Shown: positions 1 through 10,043, counted from the stretch's first letter. The stretch: DNA of 64,000 nucleotides from Bdellovibrionales bacterium (GCA_965219095.1 CBDCMT010000001.1:1792001-1856000), one strand, 5' to 3'. Notes: generated by a model from the sequence alone, not told the origin. Made by a program: numbers and translations.

Positions 1-797
1 CCATATTTTCTTTTCATAGATTTTAAAACAGAGGTAGAAACACTTTGTATACTCATGTGAAAATGCTTGCACATTTGACAGGAAGAATAAAGTTCTAAAA
101 GCTCGTCAGTGAGTTCTATGGGTTCAAGGCTTGATAGACGAAATCTCGGCATAGGAGTTTTAATCAAAAGCTCTTTTACAAGAGATTCAAGACCTCCCTT
201 GTAATCACCTATATGAACTCCTGTCAACACAACCTCTCTTATTCCTTTTTCATAGAGTTCAAAAACTTTATCTAAAAGGATTTGTAAAGGAAGGCTTCTG
301 CTTTTCCCCCTAGAAAAAGGAATCACACAAAAAGTACAAAAACTATTACAACCATCTTGGATTTTTAAAAAACTCCTTGTATGAGAAAACTCCTCACCTC
401 CCCCTTCCTCTAAGTCTTCTTTTTTGAAGATGTTTGATTTAAAAATACGATTGTCATTGAGATGGTAAACATAATTTTTGATGATTTGAGGTAAAGAGCT
501 TTTATGTGAGTTAGCTATAATCAGATGAGCTCCTGAAGAGCTTAGAACATCTGTATCCACTTGAGCAGAACAGCCTGTAAGGACAATTTTAGAAAAAGGA
601 TGTTTTTTTCTCTTTTTCCTCACCCAACGGAGAGCTTCTTTCGTAGATTCTGATGTCACTGCACAAGTATTGAGGATAAAAACGTCAGGTTTTTTTTCAT
701 CATAAAGAAAGTTTTCTTTTAAAAGTTTTTTTTGTAATAAACCAGTATCATAAGAGTTCACTTTACAACCTAAGGTTTCCACGGAAAATCTAATCAT
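1..797 (-). CDS. mtaB: tRNA methylthiotransferase MtaB (MiaB-like radical SAM), 3' end runs off window
   Basis: Manual translation from ATG at 797: MIRFSVETLGCKVNSYDTG..., then LNTCAVT, LTGCSAQ and LKIQDGCNSFCTFCVIPFSRG (CxxxCxxC). Confidence 0.88.
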   Translation of the reverse strand, partial: MIRFSVETLGCKVNSYDTGLLQKKLLKENFLYDEKKPDVFILNTCAVTSESTKEALRWVRKKRKKHPFSKIVLTGCSAQVDTDVLSSSGAHLIIANSHKSSLPQIIKNYVYHLNDNRIFKSNIFKKEDLEEGGGEEFSHTRSFLKIQDGCNSFCTFCVIPFSRGKSRSLPLQILLDKVFELYEKGIREVVLTGVHIGDYKGGLESLVKELLIKTPMPRFRLSSLEPIELTDELLELYSSCQMCKHFHMSIQSVSTSVLKSMKRKY

Positions 798-1874
798 TCA
801 AAGCACCCAGCCTCCCCCTAAAAGTTGATGACCTCGATAAAAAACAGCTGCTTGCCCTGGTGTGATGGCTCTCTGTGGTTCTAAAAAACAAGCCTCAAAA
901 CCTTCTTTCTTACGGTACACTTTTGCTTTCGCACCTCTATGAGAAAATCTTACTTTAACATTAAGAGTTTCTCCATCACAAATTTTATCTAAAAGATGAA
1001 CTTGAGAGATTTTGAAGTTTTGAGAGTAAAGACAGTCTTCAGTGCCTAGCCATACAACTCCGTTGTTTGCATCCATTTTTACAACAAACAAAGCTTCGTT
1101 ATAACCTGACACACCTAGACCTTTTCTCTGCCCATAAGTGAATTTATGAACTCCCTTATGAATTCCCAAAACTTCTCCAGTTTTAATGTTCTTGAAAACA
1201 CCAGGTTTGATTTTACTGGAGGGAATTTGAGATTCAATAAAGTGAGCATAACCTTGTTTTCCAACAAAACATAGATCTATGGAATCCTTCTTATTAAAAA
1301 CAGGAAGTTGTTTTTTTTGTGCATATTCTCTAACCTGTTTCTTATTCATGGATCCTACAGGGAACATAAGATACTGTAAGTTCTCTTTAAGTAAAGTAAA
1401 TAAAAAATAGGTTTGATCTTTCCAATCATCACAACTTGTCATAAGTTTGTATTTACCCTGATCTTTTTCTATGCAAGCGTAATGTCCTGTAGCTAAAAAG
1501 TCACACTCAAGTTCTCTCATTTTTTTGAATAAATGATCAAATTTCAAAAAAGTATTACAGTTTACACAAGGAATGGGAGTTTCTCCTTTTAAGTAAGAAC
1601 TTATAAAAGGATCAATAACTTTTTGTTTAAAAAAGTTTTCACAGTTTAAAACATAGAAAGGAATGTTAAGATGAGAAGCTACGGTGCGGGCGTCATTGAC
1701 ATCCACACTAGAACAGCATGTTCCATAACCCTCTTCTAAATTGCACTCAGAGTAATCCCAAACTTGCATGATCATACCTATGACTTCATAGCCTTGATCA
1801 ACTAAAAGACTTGCCGATACAGAACTATCCACTCCTCCGCTCATAGCTACTAAAATTCTTTTTTTTCTTCTCAT
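798..1874 (-). CDS. mnmA: tRNA 2-thiouridylase MnmA
   Basis: AMSGGVDSSV, TPIPCVNCN, ATGHYA, KDQTYFL and TPGQAAVFY motifs. Confidence 0.96.
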   Translation of the reverse strand: MRRKKRILVAMSGGVDSSVSASLLVDQGYEVIGMIMQVWDYSECNLEEGYGTCCSSVDVNDARTVASHLNIPFYVLNCENFFKQKVIDPFISSYLKGETPIPCVNCNTFLKFDHLFKKMRELECDFLATGHYACIEKDQGKYKLMTSCDDWKDQTYFLFTLLKENLQYLMFPVGSMNKKQVREYAQKKQLPVFNKKDSIDLCFVGKQGYAHFIESQIPSSKIKPGVFKNIKTGEVLGIHKGVHKFTYGQRKGLGVSGYNEALFVVKMDANNGVVWLGTEDCLYSQNFKISQVHLLDKICDGETLNVKVRFSHRGAKAKVYRKKEGFEACFLEPQRAITPGQAAVFYRGHQLLGGGWVL

Positions 1875-3028
1875 AAATCTAAACTCCTTAGACGTAAAAC
1901 CTCATTCTTAAAAACTTCACAAAATAAATCAACCTCTTTTTTTTGTGTAAACCAAGACAGACTGACTCTCACAGAAGTTTGAATTTCATGCTCTTCAAAG
2001 CCCATAGCTAAGAGAACAGGACTCAAGCTAGTGTTGCCAGAAGAACAGGCCGAACCTGAACTCAAACAAAACCCTTTAAGGTCCATACTCATAATAAAAG
2101 TTTCTGCATAGACTTTGTCAATGAAAAAACTTGAAGTGTTTGACACTCTGGCTTGATGTTTTCCTATGATATGAACACCCCCTACAGCTTCTAATTGTTT
2201 TTCCATATCATTTCTTAAAGTCCGCAGTCTTTCATTGGTTTCTATAACATGATCTTTATGGGAGGAACATACCTCTGCTAAACTACAGATAGCTAAAAGG
2301 TTTTCCGTTCCAGCTCGTCTTTTCCTTTCCTGCCCCCCTCCTAAAATGAGGCTTTGTAAGGGTGTCTTCCGAGCTACGTACAAAACACCACAACCCTTAA
2401 GAGCATAAAACTTATGAGCTGAAAAACTAGCTAAATCAATGCTTAAGTCTTTTAAAGCCAGATCAATTTTTCCTAAGGACTGAACCATATCACTATGAAA
2501 GAAAGCTCCTTTTTGATGAGCTTTCTTACAAAGTCTTTTAATAGGAAAGATATGGCCTGTTTCATTGTTCACATGCATAATAGAGACAAGAGCTGTTTTT
2601 TCATTAAGCTCTTTTTCATAACAGTCTTCATCAAAACACCCTTCTTTGTTAACAGGGATAACAACCACCTCAGCTCCTCTTTGGCTTAACCAATGCTGAA
2701 TTTCTCTTACACTAGGATGCTCCACAGAGCTAAAAATATAGCGATTTCTTTCAGACGATGAATTTTTAAGGGCTTCAAACAGACCTTTAAGGGCTTGGTT
2801 GTTACCCTCACTTCCCCCTGAATTAAAAACAAGCTCTAAAGGATCCACTTTGAGCATTTCAGCAATTTGAGTACGTGCTGTGTTAAGAAAGTGCTTAGCA
2901 TTTTGTCCTTCTTTATAAATGGAACTGGGATTACCCCATTCCCTTAGCCATTGGTCTAGTTTTTGAAACAATCTTTCGTCTGGCTTTGTTGTCGCATTGT
3001 TATCTAAATACACTCTTCCCATAATCAC
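1871..3028 (-). CDS. iscS: Cysteine desulfurase (IscS/NifS family)
   Basis: YLDNNATT, GNPSS, SAHKFYA (PLP lysine) and SSGSACSSG; overlaps mnmA start. Confidence 0.9.
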   Translation of the reverse strand: MIMGRVYLDNNATTKPDERLFQKLDQWLREWGNPSSIYKEGQNAKHFLNTARTQIAEMLKVDPLELVFNSGGSEGNNQALKGLFEALKNSSSERNRYIFSSVEHPSVREIQHWLSQRGAEVVVIPVNKEGCFDEDCYEKELNEKTALVSIMHVNNETGHIFPIKRLCKKAHQKGAFFHSDMVQSLGKIDLALKDLSIDLASFSAHKFYALKGCGVLYVARKTPLQSLILGGGQERKRRAGTENLLAICSLAEVCSSHKDHVIETNERLRTLRNDMEKQLEAVGGVHIIGKHQARVSNTSSFFIDKVYAETFIMSMDLKGFCLSSGSACSSGNTSLSPVLLAMGFEEHEIQTSVRVSLSWFTQKKEVDLFCEVFKNEVLRLRSLDL

Positions 3029-3058
3029 CTTCTTTTACCATAAACACGAATAAAAAAC

Positions 3059-3085
3059 TAAAAAAAACTCACTTTTTGCCGATAA
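3059..3085 (+). promoter_or_regulatory. Sigma28 (FliA)-type promoter
   Basis: Exact TAAA-N15-GCCGATAA consensus, ending 6 nt before the ATG at 3092. Confidence 0.75.
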
Positions 3086-3091
3086 AGTCTT

Positions 3092-4198
3092 ATGAAATGG
3101 ACTCAGTTTTTTAACATTTCAAAAGAGCAAATGCGTCATCTAATGAAACACAAGCCTAGCAACATTGACCTGCTTGTATGGTGTTTAGAGACCGGTAAAA
3201 TTGATAAAGCAAAGTATTTAGAATGGGCTAAAAATCATTACAAAATTCCTATTTTAAAATCTTCTTTTTTTCAAAAATCTAAAGCCGATCTGAATTGGAT
3301 CAAAAGTGTTTATCATGATTTTCAAAAGTACGAAATGATAGCTCCTCTTTTTTATTGGGAAAAAAAAGGGTTTGTGGCTTGCTTGGAGCCTTTAAAAAAT
3401 CCTCCCTGGAATTTTCAAACACAGTGGGTTTTGTGTAACTATCAGGATTTAAAAGTTTATAAACTTTATTTGAAAAAAACTTTTAGTAAGGGCTCCCAAG
3501 ATAAGGGTTCTGAAAAGATAAAATCTGAAAAGATAAAAAATTTACATGATGACTTAAAGCCTTATGTTCTTTATGAAAAAAAACCTTCTTTCTTAAAAAA
3601 TGAAGCCATCATTTACGAAGCTTTCTCAGAGCTTCAAAAAAAATTTGAAAAAGTGCTATTTCTAGGTTACGGAAAAAACAAGGTTTTAAAGTTTTTAAGG
3701 TGTGATGAAAACTGGGATATCAAGAATTACGTCAAAATTAGTAAGCCCATTGATCTATCTAAAAACAGTGTTTTTAAAATTTTACATACAACAGCACATC
3801 CTTTTCACGGTCCTGTCTACCCTAGCGAAGAAAACAATCGTTTCTTTCAAGCTTGTGGTTACGAAAACAGCTTGCCTCAGCACCTTACAGCTCTTCCTGT
3901 ATTTAGCGATGCGAGTATGACAAGATTGTTAGGATTTCTCTTAGCAGTGGGATGGCCTCGGAATTTTTCTACAGACACCTTAGTGTGGGCTCAAAAAATC
4001 GCTCAAAAATTATCAAGAAAGTTTATCATCTTACAAGAAACTATCAATAAGGCTGTCAAATTAGGAAAAGAAAAAAATAAGGAACTTTACGAAAGAAATC
4101 CTCAAAGCAAGAATGAGAAGTTACGAGCGGAGAACAAAGTTCAAAGTAAAATAATTGAGAAAGAAAACGTTCAAGGCCGTATGAAAAAAAGCTCATGA
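3092..4198 (+). CDS. Hypothetical protein (N-terminus weakly resembles PilB/GspE N-domain)
   Basis: 368-aa ORF directly behind the sigma28 promoter; family not firmly recognised. Confidence 0.6.
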   Translation: MKWTQFFNISKEQMRHLMKHKPSNIDLLVWCLETGKIDKAKYLEWAKNHYKIPILKSSFFQKSKADLNWIKSVYHDFQKYEMIAPLFYWEKKGFVACLEPLKNPPWNFQTQWVLCNYQDLKVYKLYLKKTFSKGSQDKGSEKIKSEKIKNLHDDLKPYVLYEKKPSFLKNEAIIYEAFSELQKKFEKVLFLGYGKNKVLKFLRCDENWDIKNYVKISKPIDLSKNSVFKILHTTAHPFHGPVYPSEENNRFFQACGYENSLPQHLTALPVFSDASMTRLLGFLLAVGWPRNFSTDTLVWAQKIAQKLSRKFIILQETINKAVKLGKEKNKELYERNPQSKNEKLRAENKVQSKIIEKENVQGRMKKSS

Positions 4199-4429
4199 AA
4201 GACATCAAATAAGTAATTTAAAAAATGCTTTTATGTTGATTTGAGAGCAAAAATACTAAAATTTCATATAAATTTAATCGATTCTGATTTTTTCTTCAAA
4301 CTAGAGGAAAGTCGGGTTGACATTAAAAATGTTGAAAGTTTTTAAGGACTTGGTAAAATTTTTAAAGAAAGCTTCCTTAAGATTATGTGAAAAGTCTTTC
4401 TAAAACCAAAAGATGGGAGAAGTAAAATT

Positions 4430-4765
4430 ATGAGTAATCTCAAAAAAAGCGGAAAACCACTTTTAAATAAAAGCGAGCAGTACACTCTTACAAAAGCTGA
4501 TCTTATAGAAAAAATCTATGAAAAGATAACTCATTCTAAACAAGAGGCTCAATATCTTATGGCCTTGGTTTTTAAAAAGATCCAAATAGGCCTTGTTAAA
4601 GATGAAAAAGTCAAAATATCAGGGTTTGGTATTTTTATCGTACAACATAAAAAACAAAGAAACGGCAGAAATCCTAAGACAGGTGAGCCTATGCTCATCC
4701 CTTCTAGAAAAACTCTCACCTTTCACACAAGTCAAATCCTTAAGGATCATTTAAATAAAGAATGA
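4430..4765 (+). CDS. ihfA: Integration host factor subunit alpha
   Basis: TLTKADL...VKISGFG...RNGRNPKTGE; ihfA-merR-tRNA-Pro synteny. Confidence 0.9.
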   Translation: MSNLKKSGKPLLNKSEQYTLTKADLIEKIYEKITHSKQEAQYLMALVFKKIQIGLVKDEKVKISGFGIFIVQHKKQRNGRNPKTGEPMLIPSRKTLTFHTSQILKDHLNKE

Positions 4766-4783
4766 TAAAGATAGGAGGTTAAT

Positions 4784-5245
4784 ATGCCTACAGAAGTCGT
4801 GGTTTTAGAAACAAAAAAAGAAAATTATCCAAAAACTCAATTCAGTGATAAAACTCAGTTTTTATTTGATGAAATGTTACGAGTGGAGTTTGATTCTATT
4901 CCTGATCGTCTTGAGTTTAAAATTGGTGATGTTGTCAAAATTACTGGTATTAAAACTTATGTCTTACGCTACTGGGAAAGCGAATTCAAAACCTTAAAGC
5001 CTAAGAAATCGGCGAAAAACCAAAGAATTTATAAGAAAAAAGACATAGAAATGGTATTTCTTATAAGAAAACTTCTCTATCGTGACAGGTACTCAATTCA
5101 AGGAGCTTGTGAGGTGTTGAAAAAATACTCTTGTTTAGGTAAATCTAAGTTTGAAACACGAAGCCTAAAAATTCATATGAAAAAAATAGCATATTCTTTA
5201 CAAAATATTTATGATCGACTGAAAGTATTGGAAAAAAAGCTCTAA
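4784..5245 (+). CDS. MerR-family HTH regulator
   Basis: FKIGDV...VLRYWESEF..LKPKKS..QRIY; typical ihfA neighbour. Confidence 0.9.
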   Translation: MPTEVVVLETKKENYPKTQFSDKTQFLFDEMLRVEFDSIPDRLEFKIGDVVKITGIKTYVLRYWESEFKTLKPKKSAKNQRIYKKKDIEMVFLIRKLLYRDRYSIQGACEVLKKYSCLGKSKFETRSLKIHMKKIAYSLQNIYDRLKVLEKKL

Positions 5246-5327
5246 AATTAAAGAAACGCCACTTTAAGCTTTCATTTATTTCCAACTTGTAAAAAATTTT
5301 TTCAAAGGTTGGAAATTTTAGTAACGT

Positions 5328-5357
5328 TTGAAAAACTTTTTAAAATATGTCTATAAT
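5328..5357 (+). promoter_or_regulatory. Sigma70-type promoter of tRNA-Pro
   Basis: TTGAAA-N18-TATAAT, 7 nt before the tRNA. Confidence 0.6.
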
Positions 5358-5364
5358 AAACTTA

Positions 5365-5441
5365 CGGGCCGTAGCGCAGCTTGGTAGCGTGCCACCTTGG
5401 GGTGGTGGAGGTCGTCAGTTCAAATCTGATCGGCCCGACCA
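5365..5441 (+). tRNA. tRNA-Pro(GGG)
   Basis: Acceptor stem CGGGCCG/CGGCCCG, anticodon arm CCACC-TTGGGGT-GGTGG, GTTCAAATC T-loop and encoded CCA. Confidence 0.96.
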
Positions 5442-5536
5442 AAAGGCGGGAGCCTTTTTGCCATTCCGCAAAACCTCAGTTTTTTCTGTAACTTAGTCTA
5501 TTTTCATTTGAGAACCATTTTTAGCTTGAAATGTCT

Positions 5537-5633
5537 GAAAATTTTGTGAAATTTTGCGAAATTTTTGAGCTTTGTCTTCACATGTCTTCACTGTGAAGAC
5601 ATGCACTATTTTGGTGCAAAATCACGTCTTCAT
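5537..5633. repeat. Putative integrase arm-type / Xis sites of the att region
   Basis: TGTCTTCAC at 5573 and 5583, inverted copy at 5593, variant at ~5625; ~10-bp GAAATTTTG repeats at 5537-5568. Confidence 0.55.
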
Positions 5634-5647
5634 TCTATAAGAAAAAG

Positions 5648-6760
5648 TTATGATTTTTTAGGGAACTGAATTAGTGTACCTATCCCTCCTTTCGTGCAAG
5701 GAACTTTTAAATTAAGGCTTTCTGTAGCTCCTTTTACATCTTCCCCACACAGCCTTAAATAACCTTGTGTTGTTCTTAAAGAAGCATGTCCTACTATACT
5801 CATCACTTTTGCTAGAGGTGCTCCATTGATAAGCATTTGAGTTATGAAAGTAGCTCTTAAATCATGAAACCTTACAGGCGTGATATTAAGAGCATAACAA
5901 AATTCCCTTAAAACCCTAGCTTGATCGCCACTTTCCCAATCACGAAGACGAGGCAGTACGAATTTTTCTTCTGGAAACTTCATTTTTAAGTCTTTAAGAA
6001 ACAAAGAACACTCTTTTGAGATAGGAACAACTCGATTTTTAGCTGTCTTTGTAGTGGTAAGACCATTAAATCTTGACCACGCCTTATTGACATGGATAAG
6101 ATCGCCTGAAAAGTCAATGTCTGTCCATTTTAAAGCAAAAAGTTCTCCTGATCTCATACCTGTTAAAAGAGCTAAAACCCATATAGGATAATACCTATGG
6201 TTATAGTTGTTAGCACTTTTTAAAAGAATTTGGATTTCTTCTTTGTTTAAGACTTTTTGTTTTGCCTCTGCCACTTTTACTTTAATTCCTACTGTGGGGT
6301 TTCTGTGCAAAATTCCGTCATCAACAGCCATTTGAAAAATTTTCCTCGTGGTTTTCAATACATTTTTTCTTGAATGAGATGAAAGAATGTCTATGGAGAA
6401 AACTAAGTCATGGATATTTGACGTTGTAATATCTTTTAGAAGAAGATTTCCTATGCAAGGAAAAATCCACTTTCTTAGGATTCCTTTGTGTCTTTGATAA
6501 GTAGAGTTTAAAAGTTGAACTCTTATCCTTTCAAGACATTTTTCTGACCATTTTTTAAATGCGTAAGCCTGTTTTACATCAAGCAATTCACACTTGAGTT
6601 TGAACTCCTGTTCTTGTGCTTTTTTTCTCGTGAGAAAACGTCTCTTAATTTGAACACGCTTCTTTTGAGCATCTTTGGCGGCAAGTCGTACCTCGTAATA
6701 TTTTTTTCCGTTATTATTGATTTCTACTATTGACATAATTAATTCCTTTCTTGAAAGCAA
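5648..6760 (-). CDS. Tyrosine recombinase / phage-type integrase
   Basis: TGMRSGEL, RFHDLRATF and VGHASLRTTQGY (R-HxxR-H-Y). True start may be MSIVEI at 6736. Confidence 0.95.
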   Translation of the reverse strand: MLSRKELIMSIVEINNNGKKYYEVRLAAKDAQKKRVQIKRRFLTRKKAQEQEFKLKCELLDVKQAYAFKKWSEKCLERIRVQLLNSTYQRHKGILRKWIFPCIGNLLLKDITTSNIHDLVFSIDILSSHSRKNVLKTTRKIFQMAVDDGILHRNPTVGIKVKVAEAKQKVLNKEEIQILLKSANNYNHRYYPIWVLALLTGMRSGELFALKWTDIDFSGDLIHVNKAWSRFNGLTTTKTAKNRVVPISKECSLFLKDLKMKFPEEKFVLPRLRDWESGDQARVLREFCYALNITPVRFHDLRATFITQMLINGAPLAKVMSIVGHASLRTTQGYLRLCGEDVKGATESLNLKVPCTKGGIGTLIQFPKKS

Positions 6761-6993
6761 TCTTTTAAGTCAACCAACTTAAATCTTAATCTTCTTTTGA
6801 ATTTATAGGCTTTGATTTTCTTGCGAAAAACTAAAATACGAAGTGCATTCTCACTGATTCCTAAGTATCGGGACGCTTGAAGTGTTGTTAACCAACTGTC
6901 TAAATTGTCAAAGAACAAGCCCTCTTTATAAGGGCGAATAGTGCTCTCTAAACTACTACTTTTTTTGATTGGTTTCAATCCTTTTGTATTCAT
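6739..6993 (-). CDS. Excisionase-like HTH_17 protein
   Basis: WLTTLQASRYLGIS...IKAYKF.RRLRF; directly upstream of the integrase. Confidence 0.8.
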   Translation of the reverse strand: MNTKGLKPIKKSSSLESTIRPYKEGLFFDNLDSWLTTLQASRYLGISENALRILVFRKKIKAYKFKRRLRFKLVDLKDCFQERN

Positions 6994-7018
6994 TTCTTTT
7001 TCTCCTTTCGATTTGAAA

Positions 7019-7046
7019 GCTAGGGAGCTTTAAAAAGCCCCCTAGC
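7019..7046 (-). terminator. Probable intrinsic terminator
   Basis: GCTAGGGAGCTTT / AAAGCCCCCTAGC hairpin downstream of the 75-aa gene. Confidence 0.5.
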
Positions 7047-7064
7047 AGTTGATTTTTTAGCCTT

Positions 7065-7292
7065 TTAAAAAGGCTCTTTTTCTGTCTCGCTTTTTTTCTC
7101 TTTTTTTGGCACTCTTCCTACAACTAAAAGCTCTCCTGAAACAGGCAAGCTTGAGAGCTTAAGAGAGAAGCCCTCTTTTGTTTTTAGAGGGAAGGCTACG
7201 CCCACCTTTAAAAACTCTGATTTTTCCTTACCGGATATGGTGAATTTACGCACTGAAAAAGCCTCGTAAATTTTACTTTTTTCGTTTTGCAT
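7065..7292 (-). CDS. Small plasmid/ICE protein, possibly ssDNA-binding
   Basis: KVGVAFP...GFSLKLSSLP..GEL motif and acidic C-terminal tail ending EPF, like SSB tails; RBS AAAGGAG. Confidence 0.55.
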   Translation of the reverse strand: MQNEKSKIYEAFSVRKFTISGKEKSEFLKVGVAFPLKTKEGFSLKLSSLPVSGELLVVGRVPKKEKKSETEKEPF

Positions 7293-7406
7293 TATGCTAC
7301 TCCTTTCATAATTGATTTGTTATTTGTTTTTTGACCTTTTTTTACTCCTTTCTTGGCTATTAAAAAACTTAAGTTAAACTTAAAAAAACAAGAATCCTTT
7401 AACCTG

Positions 7407-7627
7407 ATAGAGAAAATTTTTAGGACTTTTAAGCTAAAAATTTTCTCTATTTTTTCTCCTCCCACACCCCCTTTCCTTTCCCCACATTTACACACCCCAC
7501 TCTGCGGTACCGTGACCACCCTCTTCCATACTAAACAAAGTGTGTGTGGGAGAGGGTGGTCACGGTGAAAACCGAAGGTTTTAGCAGAGTTGGGTGTGTA
7601 AAACCAAAGGGAAAAGGAAAGGGGGTG
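7407..7627. repeat. Paired hairpins: perfect 17-bp IR (7407-7450) and ~160-bp GC-rich imperfect hairpin (7465-7627); oriT/ssDNA-promoter candidate
   Basis: ATAGAGAAAATTTTTAG/CTAAAAATTTTCTCTAT; ACCGTGACCACCCTC/GAGGGTGGTCACGGT; CACCCCCTTTCCTTT/AAAGGAAAGGGGGTG. Confidence 0.75.
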
Positions 7628-7692
7628 CATGCAAGACATGTTTTCAGCACTATAAGAAAATCCCAGAATTTTTTTAAAACCTCTCATAAAGC

Positions 7693-9321
7693 TCACTCCT
7701 TTAAGTTAAAAATTTGAAACAAATCTTGTGAGGTTTTGATCTTATCAATGAGTACAGCCTGACCTACTTTTAAGTTCTTAAAAACATCATGTTCGATCTT
7801 CATTTTTTTGGTCTCAAAAAGATTCCCTAAGCCTGTTTTTTCAACCTCTCCAGAATGCGATTCACTGACCTGAAAACTCCTACCTACAGTGTCCATAGTG
7901 CCGGCTGTAGAAGCCCATGTTTCGCAGTCTTCTTTCACATCTTGTCGAAGTATGATTTTAGTGGCTGTATTTCCAAACACTTGATTGCTAAAACTCTGAC
8001 TTACAACATTTAAATCAGCTAAGCCTTGGCAAAATAAGTGAACTCCTATACCAGCAGATCTCACTTGCTTTAAAAAATCCGAAAAATCAGGTGTAGCAAA
8101 AGATCCAAATTCATCAATTAAGACCCCTAAAAACAGAGGCTTAAAATCCACCTGTCCTGATTGAATTTGAGAGCTTATAACCTTTAGGTCTTGAACTAGA
8201 ATTTTACCGATTTTCTTACCTAAAAAACCATAGCCGTTTAAATTCAACTGGAAATAGGCTATTTGATTTTTTTTCATAACATCCAGGAGATCGATTTCTT
8301 TTTCTTCATGTATAGAGGAGTTTCTAAATTCTGGAGAAGTGAGGGTTTGGATTTGAGCTTTTAAGCCTGCAAGGTCTTGTGTCTTAATAGACTCAATAGC
8401 TTTTAAATCCTGAAGCATACTGTGAGAAAGTTCTCTATTTTGAGAAAGAGAGTTAGCCTGTAAGGCTTGCTTTAACTTTTCAAAGCTTGGAACTTCTTCT
8501 TCCTCTTTCCAAAGAGAAAGAACTGTGCCTATAAACTGGCTTGCTTGAGATTTGTAATAGTCATGAGAAAACTCCAAACTGCACATGATTTTTGACCTTA
8601 ATTGTTCTGCTGTACCATTTTTTAAGGGGTTATAGGAAAAAGAACTCTTAGGCTTAGCAAGGCTAAAAAGCTTAAAATCTTCCTTTTTTCTTCCGCAATT
8701 TTCAAATAGTTTTTGAATAAGATCTATATCAGCTTTATCTCCTTTAGGATCAATCACAATAAGAGGGTGTTTGTGTAAAAAAGCATGCTTTAAAAAAGAG
8801 AGCATTAGAGTGGTTTTTCCCATGCCTGTAGCACCAGAGACTATGACATGCTCTGTTCTCTGTTTCATAGGTAAAAACAAAGGCTTATTTTGAGTAAGAC
8901 TCATACCTAAGGGGACCTTTTTTTCATCTAAAAAATGCTTTTCAAACCCATCAAAAGAAGGCTTTTTAAAGCTCTTTAATAAGCTTAAAGGAAGCCTTTT
9001 TTCCTCCTCTTCAAAAAAACGAAAAAATTTACAAACAATCAGCACTAAGAAAGCTTGAAAGAACCAAAAACTAAGAAAAGAAAGTGAGAAAAAAAGATAC
9101 CAAGATTCCCAAAAAAAAGAGCTTAAAGCACCTAAAACAAGACTTACAAGAAAGAAGATTCCCAAGAGTTTTAAATTGTCTTGAATTTTCCTTGCACTTT
9201 CTGGTTTTTTCTTTAAAAGTTGTACACTTAAAATTCCTCCTAAAAAACAAAACATAAGACATGCTTTTAGAAAGCCTTCTAAGAAGTCGTTGATTTCATC
9301 TTCATAGTGTTTGTTTTTCAT
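7693..9321 (-). CDS. Type IV coupling protein (VirD4/TraD-like)
   Basis: N-terminal TM segments, HVIVSGATGMGKT, IDPKGD, LIDEFG, RSAGI and GNTATKII. Confidence 0.9.
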   Translation of the reverse strand: MKNKHYEDEINDFLEGFLKACLMFCFLGGILSVQLLKKKPESARKIQDNLKLLGIFFLVSLVLGALSSFFWESWYLFFSLSFLSFWFFQAFLVLIVCKFFRFFEEEEKRLPLSLLKSFKKPSFDGFEKHFLDEKKVPLGMSLTQNKPLFLPMKQRTEHVIVSGATGMGKTTLMLSFLKHAFLHKHPLIVIDPKGDKADIDLIQKLFENCGRKKEDFKLFSLAKPKSSFSYNPLKNGTAEQLRSKIMCSLEFSHDYYKSQASQFIGTVLSLWKEEEEVPSFEKLKQALQANSLSQNRELSHSMLQDLKAIESIKTQDLAGLKAQIQTLTSPEFRNSSIHEEKEIDLLDVMKKNQIAYFQLNLNGYGFLGKKIGKILVQDLKVISSQIQSGQVDFKPLFLGVLIDEFGSFATPDFSDFLKQVRSAGIGVHLFCQGLADLNVVSQSFSNQVFGNTATKIILRQDVKEDCETWASTAGTMDTVGRSFQVSESHSGEVEKTGLGNLFETKKMKIEHDVFKNLKVGQAVLIDKIKTSQDLFQIFNLKE

Positions 9322-10042
9322 AAAGTCCTCCTTTTTTTTCTTTTTTGAGCCATGTTTTTAAACTCAAAACTCCCCATCTAAAGGTTTCTATTTCAAAAGG
9401 ATCTGTGTAGTGGCAGAGTCCTATTTTATCAGCTTTTTGAAGTTCATTTCTTAAGGTTTTTTTATGTTTTTTTGTGATATAAACATAAAGAGCATGGGTG
9501 TAGATAGAGTTTAAATAGTCATTTAATCTACGGCTGTAGCGATTTTTACTCTTCATAGTGCTTTCTATCTCTACGGCTAATTTAAACTCCTCACATTCCA
9601 TAGAAAAATCACATACAGGTTCCTTCTTTCTTGAAAGAAAAGAGGACTTCATTTTTTCTAAATCTGTAGGAAAAATAAAAACATTATGAGGAAAACTCTT
9701 TTTCAACTGAAAAAAGATGCTCTCTAAAACAAACTGATGGATTAAGAAGTGGGATGAGAAGACTTTTTTTAACTTTCTAGACGTGTAGATTTTAGAACGA
9801 GGTTTTACGCCTATTTGTCTGAGAACCATAAGCCCGGATCTTTTCTTACACAAATTTAAAAGCTCACTAAAGCTCAAAGAATAAAGAAAGCCAGCTTTTC
9901 TGAGCTTAGAAAGTCTTACCTCGCAAGAAGCGTTTGAAGAAAAGAAATGACGTCTTAATTGAGGGAAAGTACAAAACCTTTGGTCTTTTAAAAAAACCAA
10001 AAGCTTTCTATCCCTTTTCTGAAGAACTATGTTATCATTCAT
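9302..10042 (-). CDS. Replication-relaxation (Replic_Relax, MOBC-like) relaxase
   Basis: N-terminal wHTH (RDRKLL...RLSKL.KAGFL), conserved H, D...AVEIE.T.K PD-(D/E)xK-like motif; adjacent to the coupling protein. Confidence 0.7.
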   Translation of the reverse strand: MNDNIVLQKRDRKLLVFLKDQRFCTFPQLRRHFFSSNASCEVRLSKLRKAGFLYSLSFSELLNLCKKRSGLMVLRQIGVKPRSKIYTSRKLKKVFSSHFLIHQFVLESIFFQLKKSFPHNVFIFPTDLEKMKSSFLSRKKEPVCDFSMECEEFKLAVEIESTMKSKNRYSRRLNDYLNSIYTHALYVYITKKHKKTLRNELQKADKIGLCHYTDPFEIETFRWGVLSLKTWLKKEKKGGLYEKQTL

Positions 10043-10043
10043 A

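Noticed and set aside
7292..7696. 134-aa ORF and opposite-strand 71-aa ORF
   Set aside because: They coincide with the hairpin region, have atypical composition and are probably spurious.
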